Shown: piece by piece, positions 1 through 8,154 of the stretch | How the letters are laid out: each line of letters starts with the position of its first letter | How positions within the stretch are numbered: position 1 is the stretch's first letter | Source of the DNA: Candidatus Binatia bacterium | Lineage (GTDB): Bacteria > Desulfobacterota > Binatia > Bin18 | Assembly (NCBI GenBank): GCA_963664395.2 | Contig: OY761159.2 | Location: 3,552,001-3,616,000 of the forward strand | Length of the DNA: 64,000 nucleotides | Direction: 5' to 3' | Translations under genes and position numbers: made by a program | The notes under the pieces: model-generated | Database searches by the model: none | The model's input: only the letters and a program-made list of their open reading frames with translations | What the model was told of the DNA's origin: nothing

Positions 1-243
1 GGAACTATCAACAATCTTACATTCTCGCCGGAAGCGGTTGCGGCTCTGCAAGCGCTGGTCGCCCCGAACTGGGTGGACATCGGGGGGCTTATCATCGGGC
101 TGGCGCAATGTGGCTTGATTTATTACGGCCTGAGACTAATGAACCTGGGGTCCGCGGAACGCACAGCGCAACTCACGGCCCAGCACGAAGAAGCCATGAC
201 GGCCCTCAAGGAACTCATCCACCGGACCACTTCTCGTCCATAA
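1..243 (+). CDS. Small membrane protein, 5'-truncated (one TM helix plus short C-terminal helix)
   Basis: Frame +1 is open from base 1 to TAA at 241-243: GTINNLTFSPEAVAALQALVAPNWVDIGGLIIGLAQCGLIYYGLRLMNLGSAERTAQLTAQHEEAMTALKELIHRTTSRP. A terminator follows. Confidence 0.6.
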   Translation, partial: GTINNLTFSPEAVAALQALVAPNWVDIGGLIIGLAQCGLIYYGLRLMNLGSAERTAQLTAQHEEAMTALKELIHRTTSRP

Positions 244-331
244 ACGCCAGACACCCGCCGAATCCCCTGCGGTTATAGCCCTTCTTATCGACGATTGGGT
301 GTAACATCACCCAGAACACGACTCAGACAGC

Positions 332-367
332 AGAAGACAAGGGTTTCGGCCCTTGCCTTCTTTTTTT
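332..367 (+). terminator. Rho-independent terminator
   Basis: GAAGACAAGGG-TTTCGG-CCCTTGCCTTC hairpin followed by a T7 run. Confidence 0.8.
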
Positions 368-378
368 GTCCTGAACAA

Positions 379-548
379 TCCCCTCTTGGGAGGGAAAGAG
401 GAAACGTGTCCTTAATAGAGCAGGTAGATGTTGACACGTTTCCTCTTTGTGCCGCGTAGCGGCGGGGTGGGTTTCGTAGTCTCGCCGTGCTGCGCTGGCC
501 GAACAGGAACCCACCCCGGCCTTCGGCCACCCCTCCAAGGAGGGGAGC
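379..548. repeat. Pair of family-A REP-like double-hairpin palindromes (379-476 on +, 506-548 on -); first copy interrupted
   Basis: TCCCCTCTTGGGAGGG..GTGCCGCGTAGCGGCGGGGTGGGTTT and GGAACCCACCCCGGCCTTCGGCCACCCCTCCAAGGAGGGGAGC match copies at 15.7, 48.7 and 54.5 kb. Confidence 0.85.
395..448. mobile_element. 54-bp MITE-like insertion with 16-bp perfect terminal inverted repeats, inside a REP
   Basis: AAAGAGGAAACGTGTC (395-410) and GACACGTTTCCTCTTT (433-448). Removing it restores the REP sequence seen intact at 48745-48789. Confidence 0.7.
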
Positions 549-601
549 TGGAGGGTCTTGGCTTTGCGTTTTGCCGGGCGAGTTGGTAGGCTGGGTGCCC
601 T

Positions 602-1109
602 ATGGCGAGCGCAACATTTGATACCTTACACGCGGCCAAGGCGCTGACGGCGGCGGGCTTTGAGGCACAGCAAGCCGAGGCAATCACGGACACGATCCGA
701 GAGGCGTTTACCGAGAGTGTAGCCACCAAGGCCGATATCGCCGGCCTGGAAGCAGCCGTAACCGCAGATATCGCCGAGGTCAAGGCGGAGTTGAAGGCCG
801 ATATCGCCGGCCTGGAAGCAGCCGTAACCGCAGATATCGCCGAGGAAGGCGGAGTTGAAGGCCGATATTGCTGAGGTAAGGACGGAAATCGCCGAGGTGA
901 AGGCCGAGTTGAAGGCAGATATCGCCGAGGTGAAGGCGGAGTTGAAGGCCGATATTGCCGAGGTAAGGACGGAAATCGCCGAGGTGAAGACGGAAATCGC
1001 CGAGTTGAAGGCCGAATTGAAAGCCGACATCGCGGGCATATACAAGCAGCTCTGGCTGGTAGCGCTGGGCATCGTGACGGCAGTCGCGGCGATTGTGAAA
1101 CTGTTGTAA
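602..1109 (+). CDS. CCDC90/DUF1640-family coiled-coil membrane protein, copy 1 (frameshift near 845)
   Basis: Head MASATFDTLHAAKALTAAGFEAQQAEAI, ATKADI neck, ADIAEVKAELK stalk repeats, C-terminal TM LWLVALGIVTAVAAIVKLL. Two nt are missing at ~845 relative to the sister repeats. Confidence 0.85.
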
Positions 1110-1119
1110 GGGACAGGCT

Positions 1120-1388
1120 ATGGCGAGCGCAACGTTTGATACCTTACACGCGGCCAAGGCGCTGACCGCGGCGGGCTTTGAGTCCCAACAAGCCGAGGCG
1201 ATCACGACACGATCCGGGACGCCTTCACCGAGAGTGTCGCCACCAAGGCCGACATCGCCGAGGTGAAGACGGAAATCGCCGAGTTGAAGGCCGAGTTGAA
1301 AGCCGACATCGCGGGCATATACAAGCAGCTCTGGCTGGTAGCGCTGGGCATCGTGACGGCCGTCGCGGCGATTGTGAAACTGTTGTAA
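1120..1388 (+). CDS. CCDC90/DUF1640-family protein, copy 2 (1-nt frameshift near 1207)
   Basis: ATG at 1120 with the same head. ATCACGACACG versus ATCACGGACACG in copy 1 shows one G missing. Same C-terminal TM, TAA 1386-1388. Confidence 0.8.
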
Positions 1389-1402
1389 GCAGGACAGGTT
1401 CT

Positions 1403-1705
1403 ATGGCAACGGCGACGTTTGATACCTTACACGCGGCCAAGGCGCTGACCGCGGCGGGCTTTGAGGCCCAACAAGCCGAGGCGATCACCGATACGATCCG
1501 GGACGCCTTCACCGAGAGCGTGGCCACCAAGGCCGACATCGCCGAGTTGAGGGCGGATATAGCGAGCCTGGAAACGCGGCTGGTCGAACGGATAGACGCG
1601 GTGGAAACGCGGGTGGCAGAGCGTTTTGAGGCGCTCTACAAGCAGCTCTGGCTGATGGCGCTGGGCATCGTGACGGCAGTCGCGGCGATTGTGAAACTGT
1701 TGTAG
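1403..1705 (+). CDS. CCDC90/DUF1640-family protein, copy 3 (intact, 100 aa)
   Basis: MATATFDTLHAAKALTAAGF...ATKADIAELRADIASLETRLVERIDAVETRVAERFEALYKQLWLMALGIVTAVAAIVKLL. Confidence 0.85.
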   Translation: MATATFDTLHAAKALTAAGFEAQQAEAITDTIRDAFTESVATKADIAELRADIASLETRLVERIDAVETRVAERFEALYKQLWLMALGIVTAVAAIVKLL

Positions 1706-1750
1706 ATGTCCGGGAACCCCTCAGTCCTCCTTGCTCAGGGGGAATTCAAG

Positions 1751-1790
1751 GATATCAAAGGATATCAAAGGATATCATCGGATATCATCC
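1751..1790. repeat. 10-bp tandem repeat x4 upstream of wzt
   Basis: GATATCAAAG GATATCAAAG GATATCATCG GATATCATCC. Confidence 0.85.
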
Positions 1791-1835
1791 GTGTGTTCCA
1801 ACTGAGACCACGCAGAAACTATTGCCAACAGAACC

Positions 1836-3038
1836 ATGAGCGAGCAGGCAGAGCCGATTATCCACAGCTACGACCTGGGCAAGTGCTATAAGCTGTACGC
1901 CCGCCCGTTTGACCGGCTCAAAGAACTCTTTGCCTGGCGTGGCCGCCACTATTCCCAGGATTTCTGGGCGCTCCAGGCCGTCAACTTTAGCGTGCAGCCG
2001 GGCGAGTCGTGGGGCATTATCGGGCGTAACGGGGCAGGCAAATCGACCCTGCTCAAACTCATCAGCGGCGTCACCCGACCGTCCACCGGCACGCTGACCG
2101 TCTCGGGCCGCATCGGGGCGCTGTTGGAACTCGGCACCGGCTTCCACCCGGAATACACCGGGCGGGAGAACATCTATTTTTCCGCGGCCATGCTGGGGCT
2201 TGAGCAGGCCGAAATCGAATCCGTCCTGCCCGACATTCTGGACTTTGCCGATATCACCGAGTTTATCGACCGCCCGGTCAAAACCTATTCGTCCGGCATG
2301 TTCATGCGCCTCGGATTTGCCGTGGCGACCAGTATTCGACCGGATATCCTGATTACCGACGAAGTCCTGGCCGTTGGGGATGAGGCCTTTCAGAAGAAGT
2401 GCATTCGCCGCATGGAAGCGTTTCTCGAACAGGGCAAGAGCCTGCTGTTCTGTTCCCACAGCACCTACCATGTGCGCAAGCTGTGCCAAAAAGCGTTGTG
2501 GATCGACCACGGCGAGGTGCGCCTGTCAGGAGCAGCGGCTGAGGTCACCCTGGCGTATGAAGATTATCTGCGCGACATTGAGGCCCAAGCGGCAGAAGAG
2601 CACGCGGAAGCCCGTCACGCGCCCGACCTGTCGGCCTACAGTCGGCTGCAACAGGTGCGGTTGCTGAACAGCGACGATCAGGAGGTCACGACTTTTGCCA
2701 TGGGCGACACGGCGCGGCTTGAAATTATTGCAGAGACACCGGACGGGGAGGCGCCGGTCATCGCGGTCGGCTTGGTGCGGAACGATCTGACCTCTATCTA
2801 TGGCGTCTTTAGTGATATGGATCAGGTCGAACCGCAGCGCCTTGACGCCCACACGTTTCGGATCGTGTACGAATTGTACGACCTGAGCCTCCTGCCGGGC
2901 AGCTACACCCTCCGGGCGCACGTCCTTGACCGGCAGGGTCTACGCATGTTTGATACCGTGGAAAAGGACTTTTCGGTGCGGGGCGACACGCGCGAGCTGG
3001 GGCTGTGTCGCTTGCCGCATCGCTGGACGTTTGAGTAG
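1836..3038 (+). CDS. wzt: Polysaccharide ABC exporter ATP-binding protein with C-terminal carbohydrate-binding domain
   Basis: GRNGAGKST Walker A, YSSGMFMRLGF signature, DEVLAVGD Walker B, and a ~130-aa Wzt_C-like beta domain. Confidence 0.93.
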   Translation: MSEQAEPIIHSYDLGKCYKLYARPFDRLKELFAWRGRHYSQDFWALQAVNFSVQPGESWGIIGRNGAGKSTLLKLISGVTRPSTGTLTVSGRIGALLELGTGFHPEYTGRENIYFSAAMLGLEQAEIESVLPDILDFADITEFIDRPVKTYSSGMFMRLGFAVATSIRPDILITDEVLAVGDEAFQKKCIRRMEAFLEQGKSLLFCSHSTYHVRKLCQKALWIDHGEVRLSGAAAEVTLAYEDYLRDIEAQAAEEHAEARHAPDLSAYSRLQQVRLLNSDDQEVTTFAMGDTARLEIIAETPDGEAPVIAVGLVRNDLTSIYGVFSDMDQVEPQRLDAHTFRIVYELYDLSLLPGSYTLRAHVLDRQGLRMFDTVEKDFSVRGDTRELGLCRLPHRWTFE

Positions 3039-3049
3039 AAAATCGTCCT

Positions 3050-3832
3050 ATGTTTGCCGTCCTGACGACGCATCGCTATCTCTTGGTGACCATGGTCCGG
3101 CGTGAGATCGGCGCGCGCTTCGCCGGTACGAGTCTGGGCGGCCTGTGGTCCTTGATCCAGCCGGCCATCCTGTTGGGCCTGTACACCATGGTGTTCTCGG
3201 TCATCTACCGGGTGGGCGAGGTCGAAGGCGGGCATGGCTTTCCGGAGTTTGTCTTCTGTGGCCTGTGGCCGTGGCTGGCGTTTCAGGAAGCCTGCCTACG
3301 CTCCGTTGCTGCAATCACGGCCAATGCGAATCTGGTGAAAAAATTGCAATTCCCGTCAGAACTGCTGGTCGTGGCTGCGGTGCTCTCCAGCTTTCTGGTG
3401 CAGGGAGTTGGTTTCCTCCTCTTTCTGATCGGTCTGATGGTGTGGAAAGGCACGCTCATAGGTGCTGCCGGGCTGCTGCTGTGTATTCCCCTCGGTCTTT
3501 CTCTGCTCCTGGCGATTGGGCTGGGCATGCTGCTCGCCTGTGGCAATGTCTTCTTTCGGGATGTCGAACAACTCACCACCGCGGGTTTTACGCTCTGGTT
3601 TTTTCTGACGCCGATTCTGTATCCGGCCAGTCTCATCCCGGAATCCATCGGCCCGCTGTTCGTATTGAACCCCATGGTCGCGATTACCGATGCCTACCGT
3701 TCTATTATTCTGTCGGGGAGCTTTACCCCAGGCGGCACGTTCGTGTACAGCGTGTGTTGTGCGGTTGGATTCTTCTGTTTTGGCCAGTATGCGTTCCAGC
3801 GCTGCCGCGGGTTTTTTGCCGATTATCTCTAA
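3050..3832 (+). CDS. wzm: Polysaccharide ABC exporter permease
   Basis: ABC-2 permease motifs RFAGTSLGGLWSLIQP, FFRDVEQ, FFLTPILYP and LNPM; about 6 TM helices. Confidence 0.92.
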   Translation: MFAVLTTHRYLLVTMVRREIGARFAGTSLGGLWSLIQPAILLGLYTMVFSVIYRVGEVEGGHGFPEFVFCGLWPWLAFQEACLRSVAAITANANLVKKLQFPSELLVVAAVLSSFLVQGVGFLLFLIGLMVWKGTLIGAAGLLLCIPLGLSLLLAIGLGMLLACGNVFFRDVEQLTTAGFTLWFFLTPILYPASLIPESIGPLFVLNPMVAITDAYRSIILSGSFTPGGTFVYSVCCAVGFFCFGQYAFQRCRGFFADYL

Positions 3833-3850
3833 GAACGTGAGAAAACCGCT

Positions 3851-4693
3851 ATGGCTGATCGTTTTGATTACGCCGACTACGAATTCACGCTGCGTGACAG
3901 GCAGTGGAACCGTGATGCGCTTGCCGTGCATGTCTCCCATTTCCAGGGCTGTCGTAAAGTCCTGGACCTCGCCTGCGGCTCGGGTATTTTCCTGGAACTG
4001 TTGGCCGAGCAGGATATTCCCGCCATTGGCGTTGAACGCAACCCAGACGTTGTGGCCTGGGTGAAACAGCACGGCTGGGATATCATTGAGCAGGATGTCT
4101 TTCCTTTCTTGGAACAGACGCAGGAGACCTATGACGGCATTTTTTGCTCGCATTTTCTTGAGCACTTGCCCTTTGCCGAGGTCCTGCGTTTTTTTGAATT
4201 ACTTGCGCCTCGCGTCAGTGCAGCGGGAACCGTGGTGATTGTTGTGCCGAATCCCGAGTCGGTCCGTATGCAGTTGTTCGGATTTTGGCGCGATCCTGAG
4301 CATGTCCGTTTCTATCACCCTGAGCTGCTTGAAGCGGTCTTGCGGCACTTCGACTTTCAGGTGACGCACACAAATCGCGCAGACATCCCCTTTGCCATTG
4401 CCCCGCCCGCATTGCTTCCATTTTCCCATCGGTCGGAATCGAGCACGCGGCAGCCCGACCCGCGGCGGAGTTGGTTGAAAGAAAAAGCGAGAGCCACCTA
4501 CTTTCGATTTTTACGTCTGTTACGGATCACCCCCTATTCGGACCTGTTAGCTGTGGAGGAACACATTCGCCAACAGATGGAAGTTCAACGAGGGACCCTC
4601 GTCGGGTGGGCAGACAAAACAAATGAGGCCGTCAACCAGATGTGGGCTTGGCCCGACGATGTGTATATTGTCTGTCGCAAGACGGAAGCCTAG
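3851..4693 (+). CDS. Class I SAM methyltransferase, probable glycan chain-terminating/capping enzyme
   Basis: VLDLACGSG, FCSHFLEHL, VPNPES..FWRDPEHVRFY; lies directly after wzm/wzt. Confidence 0.8.
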   Translation: MADRFDYADYEFTLRDRQWNRDALAVHVSHFQGCRKVLDLACGSGIFLELLAEQDIPAIGVERNPDVVAWVKQHGWDIIEQDVFPFLEQTQETYDGIFCSHFLEHLPFAEVLRFFELLAPRVSAAGTVVIVVPNPESVRMQLFGFWRDPEHVRFYHPELLEAVLRHFDFQVTHTNRADIPFAIAPPALLPFSHRSESSTRQPDPRRSWLKEKARATYFRFLRLLRITPYSDLLAVEEHIRQQMEVQRGTLVGWADKTNEAVNQMWAWPDDVYIVCRKTEA

Positions 4694-4722
4694 CTTCTGT
4701 ATCCTACCGCTGGCTATACGCT

Positions 4723-5690
4723 ATGACTGATCTTCCGCGCGTGTCCGTTCTTTTGGTCACGAAGAATGGTGAACGCTATCTTGCTGAAGCTCCTCCAAAG
4801 CATCCGGGCTCAGCAGGGGGGCTTCCGTCTCGCCGAGATTATTGCCGTTGATTCCGGCTCGCGCGACCGAACCCTGGCTATTCTTGAGTCGCACGCGGTG
4901 CGCGTCATACGGATTCCGCCCCAGGAATTTGGCCACGGTAAAACCCGTAACCTGGCCGCGGCATACGCCCACGGCGACTATCTGGTGTTTCTCACCCAGG
5001 ACGCGACCCCCGCCAATGCGGACTGGCTGGCGTCGCTGCTGGCACCCTTACTGGCCGAGCCGTCAATTGCCGGGGCGTATAGCCGCCAGCTCCCCCGACC
5101 GCACTGTCACCCCATGGAATGGCGGCGCATTGTTGAGGATGAGCTGTCAGGCCGGTCGGAATCTTGCCTGAACAGCCAGGCTGACCCCGACTATATCGCA
5201 CAATCCGGCCTCCTTTTATTTCTTCTCTAACGTCAGCTCGGTACTGCGTCGTAGCGTGTGGCAGCAATTCCCTTTCCCCGAGGTGGAATTTGCCGAAGAT
5301 CAACTCTGGGCAAAGGCCGTTCTTGAAGCCGGTTATCAGACCGCTTATCGAGCGGATTCGCTGGTGTATCATTCCCACGGCTATGGTCCCTGGATGAACC
5401 TCAGACGGCATTTCGACCACGCGTGCGCGGTGAACGATTTCAAGCAGGCCGCCCGTCTGTCGGTGTGGAGTCTCCTGCCTATGGCATGGCGCGCCGCCCG
5501 CCGCGATCTGTCCTTTTGGCGCTGGCTCAAAAACCAGGGACGGCTGCGCGTGGGACTCCGCTGGGGGGGCATAGCCCTGGCCTGGAATTTTGCGGCACTA
5601 TGGGGTATCTGGCTCGGCGAACGAAAGCAGGTTCTGGCTCCCTCTCTGGTATGTCGGATTTCTCTGCAAGAGAGTATTAAACGGAAATAA
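4723..5690 (+). CDS. GT2 glycosyltransferase (rhamnosyltransferase-like), frameshifts near 4790 and 5200
   Basis: MTDLPRVSVLLVTKNGERYL / VDSGSRD, FGHGKTRN, FLTQDA / FFSNVSS, FAEDQLW, VYHSH are spread over successive reading frames. Confidence 0.8.
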
Positions 5691-5697
5691 ACGATTC

Positions 5698-8154
5698 ATG
5701 CGTATTCTTCAGGTCGTACATGGCTATCCACCCCAGGAGTGGGGTGGGGCGGAACTGGTCACCGCGACCCTGGCCCAGGCGCTTGCGGAGCGTGGCCATC
5801 GTGTCACCGTCTTCGCTCGTACCGCCGACACCACAGCCGAGGAATTCTCGCTGCGAGACGATGAACCCGACGCGCCTGCCGACACGGACGCCCAGGTGCA
5901 TATGGTGCGTATGGTGCGTGTGGTGCGCGTTGTCAACAATCTCAGCCATGTCTCACACTTCCGCCTGGAGTATGACAGTCCGTTTCTCAACGAGGCATTC
6001 CAGCGGGTACTGGCCGACACCCGACCCGACATCGTTCATATTCAGCATGTCGGGCATCTGTCCGGCAGCCTGATCCAAGTTCCGGTCCAACTCGGCTATC
6101 CGGTTGTCCTCAGCCTGCACGATTTCTTTTTCGCCTGTTACCGCATCCACCTGATAGACAACCACACCCGCCTATGTCCGGGACCGGACCGGGGCGAGCG
6201 CTGTGTTGCCTGCTTACAGGTGGAGACAAGCGCGGATGAGGCGCGCCGGCGTTTTGCCTATTTTGAGCAACTCCTTCATATGCCGCAGCGCGTGATTGTT
6301 CCGTCCCAATTTCTGGCCGACAGAATGCAAGAGATTTTCCCTTTTGTGGAGCCGCGTCTCCACATTGTTGCACCCGGCATCGTTCCCGTCCGGCAGATAC
6401 GGCAAGAAGGCTGGAAAGATCAGCAGCCCGGTCCGCTCCGGGTGTTGTACATTGGCGTGCTCATGCCGCATAAAGGCCCGCACCTGCTCATTGAAGCAAC
6501 GCGCGGATTACCAAGTGGTAGCCTTGCCGTCTCCCTGTACGGTGGCCGCGTAGCGGCCTGGCAAGCCTATGCCGACCAACTGGAGGCAGACGCGGCAGAC
6601 CTGCCTGTCCGTTTTTGCGGAACCTACGAACATAATCAGTTGGGTACGATTCTGGCTCAGCACGATGTGTTGGTTGTTGCCAGCATGTGCGAGGAAACCT
6701 TTTCACTGGTTACGCGGGAGGCTCTTCAGGCCGGTCTGCCGGTCATTGCCGCCAGGCGTGGCGCCCTGCCCGAAGTCATTCGGGACGGGGTGAACGGTCT
6801 GCTGTTTGAACCCGAGAACGCCGACGACCTGCGGCGCTGCCTGGAGCGACTGCGAACCGACACCCGGCTGCGTGAACAGCTCACACCCGCCGCGACGCCA
6901 ATCCGAGACCCGGCGGCATACGCCCAGGATATGGAAGCCGTATATGAGGCCGTGCGGGCCAAGCCTGTGGAAGAAATCCCGTCCCCCGGCCCTCTCTCGG
7001 CGGGTGCGGAGAGGCCGAAACTGACAACGATACGGCCTGTGAGTGTGTGTGTGCCCACGTATAACGGTGCGGCGTTTATCGAAGAAACGCTGCGTAGTAT
7101 CGTGAACCAAAGCTATCAGGATTTTGAACTCCTGATTGTTGATGACGGCTCAACCGACGCCACGCTCGATATCGTCCAGTCGTTCTCTGACCCGAGGATA
7201 CAAGTACACCGGAATCCGGAACGGCTTGGCATCCCGGCCAATTGGAACCGTTGCCTTGAACTCGCCGGTGGAGAGTTTGTATGTCTCTTTCATCAGGACG
7301 ACGTCATGCTGCCCGAAAATTTGGAGCGCAAAGTCCAACTGCTGAGTGCAGACCCGACGCTCGGCTTTGTCCATTCTGCGGTAGAAACGCTGGTTGATGA
7401 GTCGGCGCCAAGCTCGTTTGCCGACTGGATTGAGGACGCGACCGAAGACACGGTCTGGGGCGGACCGGAGTATTTTCGGACCCTGCTCCTCCGGGGGAAT
7501 CGGGTGTGTGCGCCGACAGTAATGGCCCGGCGCCGCGCCCTGCTCGAACAGGGCGGGTTTGACCGGGACCTGGGCTTTGCCTGTGACTATGCAATGTGGC
7601 TCAGGCTGTGTATGACGCAGCGGGTTGGCTTTCTGGCCAGCCCCTTGGTCCGCTATCGCTGGCATGGCGGCAACGCCTCGCATGCCTACCAGTTTGAGCG
7701 TGGCGTGGAGGAAATTACTGAAGCCGGTCGCCGTGCACTCAAACTCTCTCAAGACCAGGTCAGGCAGTCCGACGGGCTAGTGTTGGGCGAAGCCTTCAGC
7801 ACGTTGACCAAGCTCCGCCGCTGGATTGGCGAACTGGAACGCGGCAAAGCCTGGCTGGAAGCCCAACAGGCCAGTTGGCGTAGTGTGGTCGAAACCCAGA
7901 ACACCCTCATTCACGAACTCAAGGGCTGGATAGAAGAACTCGAAACAGGCAACTCGAAACAAGCCGCAAAAGACATGGTTGGAAGAGCAGCGGAACAACT
8001 GGGAGAAAATTGCTCGGCAGCACGGAGAACAAGCCGAACACTGGCAGGCGCAGACACGCCACTGGCAAGAGAGTTTTTGGGGTCGCCTGGGAACCCGTTT
8101 GAAACTGGTTAAGCCGGTCCAGGAGTTTCCAACCAAAGCAGAAAACAATGATTG
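5698..8154 (+). CDS. GT4-GT2 fusion glycosyltransferase with Trp-rich C-terminal coiled coil (frameshift near 7950-7970)
   Basis: MRILQVVHGYPP and EETFSLVTREA (GT4); VSVCVPTYNG, VDDGSTD, FHQDD (GT2). The tail repeats continue in a shifted frame to TGA near 8154, overlapping the next ATG. Confidence 0.85.

Noticed and set aside
1178-1402. N-terminal extension of ORF 1178-1705, and similar extensions of ORFs 5590, 30641, 39664, 42421 and 58973
   Set aside because: These are out-of-frame read-through of a frameshifted neighbour or open intergenic sequence; homology and RBS point to downstream starts.
602-1790. CRISPR array
   Set aside because: The repeats are coding coiled-coil modules or spacer-less 10-mers; no unique spacers and no cas genes.
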